In this document: positions 10,505 to 20,947 of the stretch, piece after piece
Layout of the letters: each line of letters begins with the position of its first letter
Numbering within the stretch: position 1 is the stretch's first letter
NCBI GenBank assembly: GCA_965218095.1
Contig: OZ244587.1
Coordinates: 640,001 to 704,000, forward strand
Source: Candidatus Poribacteria bacterium
GTDB taxonomy: Bacteria > Poribacteria > WGA-4E > PCPOR2b
Direction: 5' to 3'
DNA length: 64,000 bases
Translations under genes and position numbers: made by a program
Notes under the pieces: generated by a model
Told to the model about the DNA's origin: nothing
Database searches by the model: none
The model's input: the letters and a program-made list of their open reading frames with translations, nothing else

Positions 10505-11638
10505 CTACCAATTTGTAAACGCCCCATCCGGACGACACAACTGCGGCGCATCCACTTCACGATACGGATTCGCCAATGCCGCTGTCTCATCGAATTCAAT
10601 CCCCAAGCCCGGCTGCGTCGGCGGCAGGAGATAGCCGTCCTCCCATTCCAACTGCACGGGGAAAACGTCAGGGAGCGTCGTCCCCGGTTTGCGTGGAAGT
10701 TCCTGAACCCCGAAGTTTGTCGAGGAAAGGTCGAGGTGAAGACACGCCGCTGTCGAGACAGGACCCAACGGGTTATGCGGCGCCAGGTCAATGTAGTGGG
10801 CTTCGCACCAGCCAGTGATCTTTTTCGCCTCCGTAATGCCCCCGACGATGCAGAGGTCGATTCGGGCATATTGCATTAGTTCCTGTTCAATCAATTCACG
10901 GAACTCCCATTTCGTGGCGTACTGTTCACCCACCGCCAACGGCACAGCGATGTGGCGCGCCAGTTGATGATATGTGGACATATTTTCGGAGCGCAACGGG
11001 TCTTCGATGAAGTACGGACGGTACTGCTCCAACGCACGACACAGGGGAATCACATGGGGTGGGTCAAGCCGCGTATGGATGTCGATCAAGATCTCGATCT
11101 TCTCACCGACAGCGTTTCGGACAGCTTCGCACTGCTTAATCGTCTCGCGCACCGCCCAAGACGGATCGAGGACATCTCCCTGTTGGGGAACGCCCCATCG
11201 CACAAACTTCCATCCATTTTCGGCGAGCGTCTGTGCGTGTTCAGCGAGTTGCTCAGGGGAACTGCCGCCGGTGTGAGGGTAGCACACCGCTTTCTGGCGG
11301 ACCAGCCCGCCGAGCAGGTCGTAGACCGGGACGCCCAGGACCTTGCCGCGAATGTCCCAAAGCGCGATGTCGATGGCGCTGATCGCGGAGCAGGCAATTC
11401 GCCCAGCGGGGAAGAATCCGCCGCGAAACATCACTTGCCACAGGTGTTCGATGCGCCGTGGATCTTCGCCGATTAGGACGGATTTGAGATGGTTTACACA
11501 TTCGGCTGCCGCGAGTTCACGCCAGGTAATCCCGCCTTCGCCGATGCCGTAGATGCCCTCATCGGTTTCGACTTTGACAAAGAAAAAATTCCGGCCCCCT
11601 CCCCATACCGGGATGGGTTTTACATCTGTGATTTTCAT
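10505..11638 (-). CDS. Mandelate racemase/muconate lactonizing enzyme family, galactonate dehydratase-like
   Basis: KVETDEGIYGIGE, SAIDIALWDIRGK, DIHTR, FIEDP, GEQY, APHNPLGP. Confidence 0.9.
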   Translation of the reverse strand: MKITDVKPIPVWGGGRNFFFVKVETDEGIYGIGEGGITWRELAAAECVNHLKSVLIGEDPRRIEHLWQVMFRGGFFPAGRIACSAISAIDIALWDIRGKVLGVPVYDLLGGLVRQKAVCYPHTGGSSPEQLAEHAQTLAENGWKFVRWGVPQQGDVLDPSWAVRETIKQCEAVRNAVGEKIEILIDIHTRLDPPHVIPLCRALEQYRPYFIEDPLRSENMSTYHQLARHIAVPLAVGEQYATKWEFRELIEQELMQYARIDLCIVGGITEAKKITGWCEAHYIDLAPHNPLGPVSTAACLHLDLSSTNFGVQELPRKPGTTLPDVFPVQLEWEDGYLLPPTQPGLGIEFDETAALANPYREVDAPQLCRPDGAFTNW

Positions 11639-11732
11639 TGGTTACCTCTAATGCGTGAACGTGAGATGCCCCAGAGGAAGGAAGGACTTGCTTGCGTTTC
11701 TTCCATTCCTTCCTTTTTTTCCATCCTTCCCT

Positions 11733-11777
11733 CCGTCGGTTCACAGACCGTCGGTTCACAGACCGTCGGTTCGCAGA
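11733..11777. repeat. Intergenic tandem repeat, 15 bp x3
   Basis: ccgtcggttcacaga ccgtcggttcacaga ccgtcggttcgcaga. Confidence 0.9.
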
Positions 11778-11784
11778 TCTGCTT

Positions 11785-12828
11785 TTATCGGCTAATCCGG
11801 ACACTGACCGCCGCCATCGCCTTTTCAGCCTCTTCAGCGGTTGCCCAGTTGAAATCGCCGGGGAAGGTGTGCGCCAGTGCAGAGTAGCCGCCGGCAAAAT
11901 CAACAGCCTCCTGAAGGGACTTGCCGTTGAGCAGGGTGTAGATCAACCCCGCTGAGAAGCTATCGCCGCCGCCCACGCGATCGACAAGTTCCAGGTTTTC
12001 GTAAATGCGCGACAGATAAAATTCATCTCCATCGAAAAGGAGCGTGCGCCAATCATTCAGCCAGCCGGTTTTGGCGTCCCGCAAGGTCGTACCGATTATT
12101 TCGATGTTAGGGAACGCCTCGCTAACCCGCTGTGCCACTTCTTTATAACTTTCCGGATCAAGCTGACTGTAGCTTTCAGTCGTGCCTTCCGCTTTGAATC
12201 CGAGCGCTTTCTCGAAATCCTCCTCGTTGCCAATCAGTACACAGATGTGCTCCATCATCTCGCGATTAGCAGCCTGTGCCTGCTCTGCGCTCCACAGCTT
12301 GGATCGGAAGTTCAGATCGTAGCTTGTTTTCACGTCCGCGGCTCGGGCTGCTTGAAGCGCCTCTTTCGCAACCGCTGCTGCGGATTCCGACAACGCAGGG
12401 GTGATACCGCTCAAGTGAAACCATTGGGCATCGCTGAAAATCGCCTCCCAATCGACTTCGCCAAGTTGGACCCTCGAGATCGCTGAGTAGCCGCGATCAT
12501 AGGTCACGTTGCTGGCACGGGGACCCGCGCCGAGTTCAAGATGATAGAAACCGTTTCGTTCAAGTCCAATCCCGTCGAATGGTGTCCACACGATATGGGA
12601 CATATCAACGCCCAATTCGCGCCCTTTGTTGCGGATTAACTTCCCGGACCAATTATCGACCAATCGAGAAACCCACGCCGTGCGCAATCCTAACTGAGCG
12701 CCGTTGACGCCGACGTTCAATTCCGCCCCGCCGACGCTCATTGATAGTGATGATGCCTGATCAAGACGCATAAACTCAGGGGACGTAAGTCGTACCATCG
12801 CTTCACCAAATGTGACTAAATCGTACAT
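11785..12828 (-). CDS. kdgK: PfkB sugar kinase, 2-keto-3-deoxygluconate kinase-like
   Basis: TFGEAM, GGAELNV, HLSGITPA, YDLNFRSKLW, DRVGGGDSF. Confidence 0.8.
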   Translation of the reverse strand: MYDLVTFGEAMVRLTSPEFMRLDQASSLSMSVGGAELNVGVNGAQLGLRTAWVSRLVDNWSGKLIRNKGRELGVDMSHIVWTPFDGIGLERNGFYHLELGAGPRASNVTYDRGYSAISRVQLGEVDWEAIFSDAQWFHLSGITPALSESAAAVAKEALQAARAADVKTSYDLNFRSKLWSAEQAQAANREMMEHICVLIGNEEDFEKALGFKAEGTTESYSQLDPESYKEVAQRVSEAFPNIEIIGTTLRDAKTGWLNDWRTLLFDGDEFYLSRIYENLELVDRVGGGDSFSAGLIYTLLNGKSLQEAVDFAGGYSALAHTFPGDFNWATAEEAEKAMAAVSVRISR

Positions 12829-12983
12829 CTTGACCTCCTTGTGACTTGTAACACATGGTAAGTCAACTTTCGGAAGGTTCAATTCCTCATTCTCGCCACA
12901 ACCACGTTATGGGTGAATCTTCTTGATATGAGTTAAATCTGGCGACAAACCTTCCGAAGGTTCGGTTGACACTAATGATGCGC

Positions 12984-13265
12984 CTATTCGTTGATTCGTT
13001 CATTTTCCCTGTCTCCCTGTCCCACCTTCGTTTGATACTCACGATGCAGTTGTTCAATGCAGTTACCGCAGAAACAGTAAACCCTGCTGTAGCCGCCGAC
13101 CTCCTTTTCTATTAACTCATTCATCGGAAATTCTTCATGGCAGAGCGCACACTCCTCAAGGACCACGCTTGGACCCACTTCCTCTCCTTCTTTTCGCTTG
13201 GAAACAACCATCAAGATAATCCAGACAGCGAGAGGAATAAAAAAAATAGCGATATAAAATAGCAT
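12984..13265 (-). CDS. Small membrane-anchored protein with a CxxC...CxCxxC zinc-finger-like motif
   Basis: N-terminal hydrophobic helix; CALC and CFCGNC; own sigma70-like promoter. Confidence 0.65.
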   Translation of the reverse strand: MLFYIAIFFIPLAVWIILMVVSKRKEGEEVGPSVVLEECALCHEEFPMNELIEKEVGGYSRVYCFCGNCIEQLHREYQTKVGQGDRENERINE

Positions 13266-13315
13266 CGTTGATCATCCCATCCGGTTCTTGAATAGCGACA
13301 GAAAATCCGGTTACA

Positions 13316-13344
13316 ACTATAACCCAAAACAATAATCACGTCAA
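13316..13344 (-). promoter_or_regulatory. Sigma70-type promoter
   Basis: TTGACG-17 nt-TATAGT on the minus strand, upstream of 13265. Confidence 0.6.
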
Positions 13345-13375
13345 GATAAATTCTTCAGGGTGTATCAATCCGTTA

Positions 13376-13404
13376 TTGCTTAATCTCTGCCCTTTTGGTA
13401 TAAT
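13376..13404 (+). promoter_or_regulatory. Sigma70-type promoter with extended -10
   Basis: TTGCTT-17 nt-TATAAT, preceded by TG. Confidence 0.6.
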
Positions 13405-13454
13405 AGCCTTCAGAAATATGGGACATTGCTCTTTACATTGGATGGAGGTTGCGT

Positions 13455-13901
13455 ATGAAATTTGGTTTTCTCTCAAAGATTTTTGAAGGTGCACTCAGTA
13501 TTGAAAAGACCTACAACGAGTGCGATAAAGCGATAAATAAATTGAGTGCATACAATGAGCGGATTGAGGAAATGCAGAAAAACAATGAGGATTTAAGCAG
13601 TTTTCCCGCTGATGAAAAAGCAGAACTTGATGCAATCGTCGATCGCGCCATTGAAGGAGCAACACGATTGGTCAACCTGGAGCCGGAGCGTAATTGGCCG
13701 GGCGTTTTCAGGGAAATGCACAAAAACTTAGCGAATATCTATTTTGAACTACATGAGTATAACAAAGTCCGCGAAGAGTGCAAGAAGTTAGACAATTATG
13801 GTGAGGCCGGTCGGCAAGACGCAGAGGAGGTCTTGCAGAAACTCGCGGATCAAGAAAGCGGCAAAGTCAATTCCCCTGAAGATGCAGCGGCGGGGATGTG
13901 A
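13455..13901 (+). CDS. Hypothetical helical (TPR-like) protein
   Basis: ORF with GGAGG RBS; LANIYFELHEYNK TPR-like helix. Confidence 0.7.
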   Translation: MKFGFLSKIFEGALSIEKTYNECDKAINKLSAYNERIEEMQKNNEDLSSFPADEKAELDAIVDRAIEGATRLVNLEPERNWPGVFREMHKNLANIYFELHEYNKVREECKKLDNYGEAGRQDAEEVLQKLADQESGKVNSPEDAAAGM

Positions 13902-15775
13902 ACATGCACTTCCTGAACCCTTCGGCTTTCTACCTCTTAGCGTTCGTTCCAATTGTGGCATTATTCCATTTCCTCAAGCTGCGTCGCCAACGCCAGGTTG
14001 TCCCAAGCGTGATGCTTTGGATCGAAGCTATTGAGGACATGAAAGCCAACGTTCCTTTCCAACGCTTGCGAAACTCACTTCTGCTCCCGTTACAGATTCT
14101 GTTTCTGCTCATTGTGATTGGCGGGATTGCACGTCCAGCATTGCGACAACCCGGCGCATTGAGCGATCGGTTGATTATCATCATTGATACCTCGGCAAGC
14201 ATGGGTGCAACCAAGCTCGGGAAAAGTCGCTTCGATGCCGCAAAGACGAGGGCATTGAAACTGATCAACCGGCTTGATGTGGAGGGACAGATGATGATCA
14301 TCGATACGTCGCTCCCACCGCGCAATATCCGTCAGACGTTTACATCAGATAAGGCACGGCTACGCCAGGCGGTCGAGAATCTGCCTGTGCAGCATATATC
14401 GCCAGACCTCAAAGCGGTCTTCAATGCTGTGGGTGTTTACGCGAGCACGCCAAACACGCAGGTCTTCTTTATCAGTGATAGTTTTGAAGATCTCCCGGAT
14501 TCCGAAAATCAAGTTTATCTTCAAAAAATTGGTTTGGGGGAGCGAAGCGATAACGTCGCGATTGTACAGTTCAGTGTCACTCGTGCTCTAAACCAGGAGA
14601 ATCAACACCAGGTTCTTGTTGGATTACAGAGCTTTGCAAGGGGCCCAAAAGAATTTCAGGTGCTGTTAGAAATTGAGGGGAAGTCGTTTTTTGACGACAA
14701 AGCCGTGGTTCTTCCAGCAGGAGAAACAGAGTCGCTCGTGTTTCCTCTTGACGACGATGAAAGACTTCACGAACAGATTGTCAGCGCCCGCCTTGATATT
14801 GACGATGATCTCCTCGTTGATAACATTGCCTCAGCGATTTTGCACCCGCCGCCGAAATGGAAGGTTTTACTGGTCAGCGATCGAGATCAACCGCTGCTGA
14901 CAGCGATACTCAAGACGAACCCTCATGTCAACCTAGATGGCATCCAAAAACAGGATTATCACAGCCTGGGAGACAACGATATCGTCATCTTTGATCAGTT
15001 TGTCCCGGGAACACTCCCCGAGGGGAATGCCATTTTCCTCAATCCCCTCGGGGGACTGCCTTTTATGCCGGTTCAAAGAAACATGGAACTGATTCGGGCA
15101 ATCGATCAGCACCCAACTCACGAGGTAATGCGCGATGTGTCGCTGATCGATATGGAAGTCAAAGCCTCGTTGAATTGCCAGGCGCCAATCTGGGGCATTC
15201 CACTTATTGAAACGACGCAGACACCGTTGATCTGGCTGGGAGAACAAGGCGAACGAAAGGTGGTTGTTTTCGCGTTTGATTCCTTTGATCTTGAAGTATC
15301 AAAATTCGCCCTGTCGATACCTTCAGCGCCTATTCTCATGTCTCAGTGCCTGGAGTGGCTTGGTTCGGCAACAGCGCCAATCCAACCCGACTTTGTCAAA
15401 ACAGGCGAGCCAGTGAAGATTCGCCTTGACCACCCCAACGAGGTTAAGCGAATAACTGTCCAATTGCCCGATGGGGCGCGGTTAGAACTACAGGAGCGGG
15501 CTTCCCCAATCGTCTTTACAGAGACGATGCAGATTGGCGTCTACACCGTATTCGTCGATGACGAACAACTTGGAAGATTTGCAGTCAACCTGCTCAATGC
15601 ATGGGAATCTAATCTCTCACCTCCCCAATTAGCGGACGACCCCAATACGGCTGCGGATACTGGACGGGTACGATCTGATTTGCCAGAAGTGAATCGAGAG
15701 ATATGGAAATATGCCGTCCTTTTTGCGTTGTTGCTACTTGTGGTGGAATGGTGGATCTATCATCGGAATGCGTGA
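13898..15775 (+). CDS. BatA/vWA domain membrane protein
   Basis: N-terminal BatA motif (FLNP...LFHFLK), MIDAS DTSASM, C-terminal LLLVVEWW. Confidence 0.9.
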   Translation: MNMHFLNPSAFYLLAFVPIVALFHFLKLRRQRQVVPSVMLWIEAIEDMKANVPFQRLRNSLLLPLQILFLLIVIGGIARPALRQPGALSDRLIIIIDTSASMGATKLGKSRFDAAKTRALKLINRLDVEGQMMIIDTSLPPRNIRQTFTSDKARLRQAVENLPVQHISPDLKAVFNAVGVYASTPNTQVFFISDSFEDLPDSENQVYLQKIGLGERSDNVAIVQFSVTRALNQENQHQVLVGLQSFARGPKEFQVLLEIEGKSFFDDKAVVLPAGETESLVFPLDDDERLHEQIVSARLDIDDDLLVDNIASAILHPPPKWKVLLVSDRDQPLLTAILKTNPHVNLDGIQKQDYHSLGDNDIVIFDQFVPGTLPEGNAIFLNPLGGLPFMPVQRNMELIRAIDQHPTHEVMRDVSLIDMEVKASLNCQAPIWGIPLIETTQTPLIWLGEQGERKVVVFAFDSFDLEVSKFALSIPSAPILMSQCLEWLGSATAPIQPDFVKTGEPVKIRLDHPNEVKRITVQLPDGARLELQERASPIVFTETMQIGVYTVFVDDEQLGRFAVNLLNAWESNLSPPQLADDPNTAADTGRVRSDLPEVNREIWKYAVLFALLLLVVEWWIYHRNA

Positions 15776-15857
15776 TAAGAAATTCACTGGTGATGATGGG
15801 AATTATGCAGATTAAGAATCGTGAGGTGCTGCTCCATAGGGCGGGTTTTTCAGTACT

Positions 15858-16204
15858 ATGAGTTACGATTTGAACTTTTGGAGGCAAGAGCCAGGGTTTT
15901 CCGGCGATCCACAGAAGATATACGAATCGCTATGCAACGGAAACGCCGTCAACGGAAAATATCCGAGTTGACCGCTTCCTTGAGCGCATTAGGGAGACAT
16001 TTCTAGGTGCTGAAAATCATCCGGGAACTCTTGACTGGGAGGGGGATTCTGGCGCCTTTCAAGTCTCCTAGTCATTCCAGCAATGTTCGTGTCGATTGCT
16101 ATGGTATGGCAGGCGAAGAAATGAACAAATTCATCGACATTGCACCGGAATTTCATTGTCGCCTTTATGATCCACAGGTAGGTGTCTGCTATGACGGCGC
16201 CTAA
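15858..16204 (+). pseudogene. Frameshifted conserved hypothetical protein
   Basis: Three frames join into MSYDLNFWRQ...YESLCNG / VDRFLERIRETF...DWEGDSGAFQVS* / VRVDCYGMAGEEMNKFIDI...LYDPQ; TAG at 16069-16071. Confidence 0.6.
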
Positions 16205-16868
16205 CAATTACGTTTTACGCCTTATGAAACCAATTGACCCCAATCGTGGCATTATCGTCGGTGTCACAGGTGGGATCGCCTGTGGTAAATCAACCGTATC
16301 GGAACTTCTCGCAGAAAAAGGCACAATTCCAATTAACTCGGATGAGATCGGGCATCAGTTACTCAGGTGTGGAAGCCCCGTCATGGGTGAACTGATCGAG
16401 GTTTTTGGATCTGGGGTACTCGACGAATCCGGTGATGTCAGCCGACAAAAGCTCGGTGCGATTGTCTTCAACGACAAGTCTGCCCGCGAGTGTTTAAACG
16501 CGATTATGCATCCGCGAATCGTTGAGCAATCCCGTACAGAAGCGAGAAGGCTTGTCTCCGAAGAGCCAAATTGCGTTGTCTTGATCGATGCACCGCTGCT
16601 CATTGAAGCGGGCTCACAAAATACAGTGGATGTCATCGTTGTGGTCACGGCTTTGTCGGAGATCCAGCTTCAACGTCTGTTAGAACGAAATGTCGCGCAA
16701 AACCGCCCTCTTAGCCGGGCAGAAGCACAGGCACGGATCGATTCCCAAATGCCGTTATCCGAAAAGATTAAATATGCCGATTTCGTCATTGCAAATGACG
16801 GTACGATCGAAGAATTGAAGCAAAAGGTTGATCGGCTTTGGCATGATCTCCGTGGCCTGATGAAATGA
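16191..16868 (+). CDS. coaE: Dephospho-CoA kinase
   Basis: GVTGGIACGKSTV, LNAIMHP, DAPLLIE, RIDSQMP; start codon uncertain. Confidence 0.95.
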   Translation: MTAPNNYVLRLMKPIDPNRGIIVGVTGGIACGKSTVSELLAEKGTIPINSDEIGHQLLRCGSPVMGELIEVFGSGVLDESGDVSRQKLGAIVFNDKSARECLNAIMHPRIVEQSRTEARRLVSEEPNCVVLIDAPLLIEAGSQNTVDVIVVVTALSEIQLQRLLERNVAQNRPLSRAEAQARIDSQMPLSEKIKYADFVIANDGTIEELKQKVDRLWHDLRGLMK

Positions 16869-16909
16869 TGTGTGATACATATCAACGAGGGAACGGAAAG
16901 GAGACAGGC

Positions 16910-17119
16910 ATGAGCAACTTGCTTCTGGAAGATATTGAATACAAGATAGAGAAAACTTCCTTAGGGAAGTGGCGTCAGTATCTTTACCCGAATGGCCAGG
17001 ATTTCGGAGAATTCACGTCCACAAAGACACTCTGCGGTGGTTCGCGAATATCTCAAAGACTGTCATCCGGGCGGCGTCCCGCTGGCGGTCGTTGAAGAGA
17101 ACATCTACAAATCGTATTA
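16910..17119 (+). pseudogene. Fused gene fragments, the second interrupted by IS5
   Basis: MSNLLLEDIEYK... ends abruptly; a second frame AVVREYLKDCHPGG...YKSYY continues after the IS as WHVPIRPNFELPSW. Confidence 0.45.
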
Positions 17120-17945
17120 CTAGGTTCTGTTGACATTTCAAGGGAGCCATATAAGAGTGGCGACAAAGCTGAGAAATCCAAAATAACGGACAGCTAGCTT
17201 CTCAAACCGAGAGAAGATACGACGATACCATTTTATCTTGTTGATGAAACATTCAACCTGATGTCTCTCTTTGTATAAGCGTTTGTCATACGTTCTTTGG
17301 TCAACACGATGACTTTTTGGCGGTATCACCGCAATCGCTCCATTCGCCTCAATAACCGCGATAAAAGCGTCCGAATCGTACCCCTTGTCTCCAATCACAT
17401 ATTCACTGTTATATCCGATTATCAACCCTTCCGCCTCAGTTATGTCATGTCTCTGACCGGGTGTCAGATGAATTCTTAGGGGATTGCCTAGTCCGTCAAC
17501 TGTGATGTGATTTTTTGTACTGAAACCGCCCCGAGAGCGACCTGATGCTTGGTTTTCAGTGCCACTGTTTTTTTTAAGGCGCCCGCCGCAGACGGGTGAG
17601 CGCGGCAGATGGTACTGTCCACAATAAGCGACTCGATATCGGGGTCAGAGGCGAAGTGGTGGTGCATCTGTGTGAAGATACCTTTGTCGCACCATCAAGC
17701 AAACCGCTTGTAGCGGGTGTTCGATTTGCCATAGGTGTCTGGTAGAAGTCTCCATTGAGCCCCGCTACGAGTCACCCACAGGACGGCTTCGACGAAGCGG
17801 CGTGTAGCAGCTTCGTCGCCAACATAGATGGTGGGGCAGCTAAGAAGAAACCGGTATATCTTATTCCATTGGTCATCAGGTAAGGTTATTGGCGTCATTC
17901 TTCTATTATGCCACAACCTTATACTCAAATGTCAACAGAACCTAG
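17120..17945 (-). mobile_element. IS5-family element, copy 1 (transposase pseudogene)
   Basis: Terminal IR GGTTCTGTTGACATTT / AAATGTCAACAGAACC with CTAG at both ends; orfA/orfB (DKGYDS, YKERHQVECF); premature TGA after KRFA. Confidence 0.95.
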
Positions 17946-18159
17946 TGGCACGTACCGATTCGTCCAAACTTTGAACTGCCGAGCTGGATTGAGTATTACG
18001 AACGAGCTTGCCATTGTGGCAACCGAACTTTTGGAGCACGAGGGTTTGAATGTCCACCTCGTTCCCGAGGATCCGGCGTAGAAACAGCACATGCTCATGA
18101 AAGCCGAAGTGTTTCAAAGTGAGTGCGTCGCCGGCGAATCAAAAATGGGTGCCAACTTC

Positions 18160-19566
18160 CTAACTTCCTTCTGCTTCACCAACCCCGCCTCCCTGAATGA
18201 TGGGGCAGAGATCACAGAGTTGGCTGCTGCAGAAGTTCCTGTGGAGGTAGATCGCGCCCTGTTGTTTTTTGGCAGAAGGAGAGATGAGTTTGATGGGTTG
18301 TCCTTCGCTGAAGATTTGCGCCTCAATTTGTTGGGTGATATGATTTTCTTGCAGTTTCGGATAGCTATCGCACAGTCGCTGTACAGCTTCCGCCAGCCTA
18401 GGACTCTGGGAATGTTCAGCCCACACCAGTGCAATTGGCGCCAAGATATTGATGATAATGTCGGAGGCGCGAGCCTCCCCAATAAGTGCAGTGCCGTGTT
18501 GCGGGATGCCTCTTCCGAAATGGGAATGCTCTTCCCAGTAACCGGATGGAGTAGGCATCAACCTGTCCAGTAACTGACGCCGAATTCTCGTTAAACCCCT
18601 CCGATTCGCCGTTGCGGCTTCCTCAATGAGGGGAAGGAAATCCATCATCAGGGTGTCCTGGCAGCGACTGATGAGTTGACTGATAGCGGCGATACGACGG
18701 GTTGGATAATTTGCTGGGCGTATCCCAGCAAAATGCCACTGTTCCGCCGTCATGCGGGTGGGATTTTTGTACTGTTCAGCAGATACCCAGATGGGATCCA
18801 GATGCTCAATGAACGCCCTGTCTGCTTCGTCCCATTCGACCCCCTGCTGCGATTGTGAAGGCAGCAGCCCTGCCACACCAAACAGGATTGCTTGAATCTC
18901 CTCATCGGGTTTGCCAAGAAGTTGCGAAAGGGGGGCACGCTGGGCTAACTCCCGAAAGGCCTTGCGGTTCTTTGCGTAGCCCAATGCCTCCATGATACCT
19001 TCGTAGAGAAGCTGTTCAAAATCAACGCGAACCAGCAGGTTTCTCATCGCATCGACTTTCTCCAGCAACCGTTCCTGCCCAAGCTCATCGAAAACTGACT
19101 GGACGGGTTCAATCTTGAGTGTTTTTCCCGTCACACGGCAGTAATCAGTAGATGTCGCCTTCGTTACCTCTCTTTCGTCGAACAGATCCCCAATCGGCGT
19201 ATCGAGTCGGTCCAAGATCTCCAGCGTTGGAATCCGCTTTCCATTCTGGAGGCGCGTCCGCAGGTTAATGTCGTCGTTCCAGAAGACAACATGTAAAATG
19301 ACACGATTGTACCTCGGATCGAGATGGTGCTTGTGGTCATACCATCCTGACGATCTAATGTGAATCTCCACATCGCCGGCGTTCAGCACTCCATCGATCA
19401 GGAGCTCAGCGTGCACAAAGTCTGGCCCTTCGTCGCTATTCCAGAAGCCCGGCTTCAGTACCTGAATGGGACGTCCATCCGTCGATTTGAGGTCAAAGTC
19501 GAAGAACCGTTGATCGTTCCAGATGGTCTGGACAAAATGTTCATCAATATTCTTGAGGTCAGCCAT
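18160..19566 (-). CDS. DUF2851 family protein
   Basis: PGFWNSDEGPDF, GDVEIH..SSGWYDHKH..DPRYNRVILHVV, RPANYPTRRI, C-terminal CxxCPI. Confidence 0.85.
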   Translation of the reverse strand: MADLKNIDEHFVQTIWNDQRFFDFDLKSTDGRPIQVLKPGFWNSDEGPDFVHAELLIDGVLNAGDVEIHIRSSGWYDHKHHLDPRYNRVILHVVFWNDDINLRTRLQNGKRIPTLEILDRLDTPIGDLFDEREVTKATSTDYCRVTGKTLKIEPVQSVFDELGQERLLEKVDAMRNLLVRVDFEQLLYEGIMEALGYAKNRKAFRELAQRAPLSQLLGKPDEEIQAILFGVAGLLPSQSQQGVEWDEADRAFIEHLDPIWVSAEQYKNPTRMTAEQWHFAGIRPANYPTRRIAAISQLISRCQDTLMMDFLPLIEEAATANRRGLTRIRRQLLDRLMPTPSGYWEEHSHFGRGIPQHGTALIGEARASDIIINILAPIALVWAEHSQSPRLAEAVQRLCDSYPKLQENHITQQIEAQIFSEGQPIKLISPSAKKQQGAIYLHRNFCSSQLCDLCPIIQGGGVGEAEGS

Positions 19567-19611
19567 ACGTCACCTGAAGCTACACAGGAGGTTGAGAGGC
19601 AATCAGCCGAT

Positions 19612-20640
19612 TCAATCGCGTAAGTCCGGATGGGTATACCCGATAATCAATCCCCACTCACCAACAGCCCAACAGTGCGCTTTATCTGCATAAATGGCGT
19701 ATATCGGTGTCGAATGACCGGTTTCTTGCCGCACCCACGTTTGCCCACCGTCAGTGGTGTGCAGGATGGTGCCGAAAGCACCTACAGTCCAGCCGGTCTG
19801 CTTATCAATGAAGACAACATCGTGTAAGTCATCGTAATACTCGGTCTCCTGCTGCGTCCATGTTGCTCCACCATCTTGGGTGTGGAGGATCATGCCTTCT
19901 TGCCCGACGATCCACCCTGTGTTCGGATCGACAAAATGGATGCCCTTCAGATTGTAGTCAACGTCAGAGTTCTGAATTTTCCACGTTTCACCGCCATCTG
20001 CCGTATGCTTAATTGTTCCAAAAAATCCGACAATCCAGCCGTGTGTAGGCGAGGCAAAGAAGATCTTTTCCAGATTCTGGCGTGTGTAACCAACTGCTAC
20101 ACGTCTTCCTGTACCAATCCAATTTTCACCGCCATCCGTTGTTTTGATGAAGGTGCTGTTTTCACCAACCGTAAACCCGATCTGTTCACTAATCATCCAC
20201 GTATCTGTCAAGCGGCGTCGGAGGGGAACTGGTTGCCCATCCCGCAAGCGGCTTTCATTGAGTGCGGTTTTGCGCTCCCATGTTTTACCTGCATCTTCTG
20301 TTTTAAAGATGGTGCCCCTCACGCCTGTGATAAAACCAACATTTTCATCATAGAAATAGATGTTCCAGAGATTGATGGGACGTTCCATCTCAATCTCTTT
20401 CTTGGTCCATGTTTTTCCGCTATCGGCTGTATGTAGAATCAATGCTTCAGAACCGACTGTCCAACCGTGTTGAGCATCAATAAAATGTACATCCTGAAGA
20501 TGACTTTCTACACCGTCGTTACGTTCGAAATCATCATTCCGTAGAACTATCCATTGACCAGCTCCGTGAGTGTTGGGGTGTATTAACAGCCAAGCGATCG
20601 ATAAAATCAGGATACGGATCAAAATTCTTGTTGATTGCAT
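19612..20640 (-). CDS. YCF48-related BNR/Asp-box repeat secreted protein
   Basis: Signal peptide; repeated GW.VG..G.I.HT.DGG.TW units. Confidence 0.9.
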   Translation of the reverse strand: MQSTRILIRILILSIAWLLIHPNTHGAGQWIVLRNDDFERNDGVESHLQDVHFIDAQHGWTVGSEALILHTADSGKTWTKKEIEMERPINLWNIYFYDENVGFITGVRGTIFKTEDAGKTWERKTALNESRLRDGQPVPLRRRLTDTWMISEQIGFTVGENSTFIKTTDGGENWIGTGRRVAVGYTRQNLEKIFFASPTHGWIVGFFGTIKHTADGGETWKIQNSDVDYNLKGIHFVDPNTGWIVGQEGMILHTQDGGATWTQQETEYYDDLHDVVFIDKQTGWTVGAFGTILHTTDGGQTWVRQETGHSTPIYAIYADKAHCWAVGEWGLIIGYTHPDLRD

Positions 20641-20742
20641 TGCACTCTCCTTGTTATAATCGTTTGACTTCAATGCATTCATCGGTGTTACCACGATGTC
20701 GATAGGTAACTTTTATCTATTCTCACCGATTTTAGTGAACCC

Positions 20743-20771
20743 ATTTTACAGTTTTTTTCGATCTACGTCAA
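20743..20771 (-). promoter_or_regulatory. Sigma70-type promoter
   Basis: TTGACG-17 nt-TAAAAT on the minus strand. Confidence 0.6.
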
Positions 20772-20947
20772 CAAAAATCTTGATTTCTCAGTCAAACAGT
20801 TATCGAACCTTGAATGTTCTGAACTTTATTGAACTGCGTCGAGCATAAAGCACAACAATAGACGTGTGATTCGTTAATTTTTTAGACGAAAATTGCAACT
20901 TCATTTATCGGTGGGTGTGTGTTTAGGCGAGTACCTCCGGAGGGCTG

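Noticed and set aside
11733-11777. Possible mini-CRISPR array
   Set aside because: Three adjacent 15-bp units with no spacers and no cas genes; a simple tandem repeat
15821-16204. Single gene read through TAG at 16004-16006
   Set aside because: The protein-like sequence lies in other frames starting at 15858; the in-frame arrangement is coincidental
20820-20925. ECF sigma autoregulatory promoter (GAACTT / TGCAAC motifs)
   Set aside because: No convincing -10 element at the correct spacing could be fixed by eye
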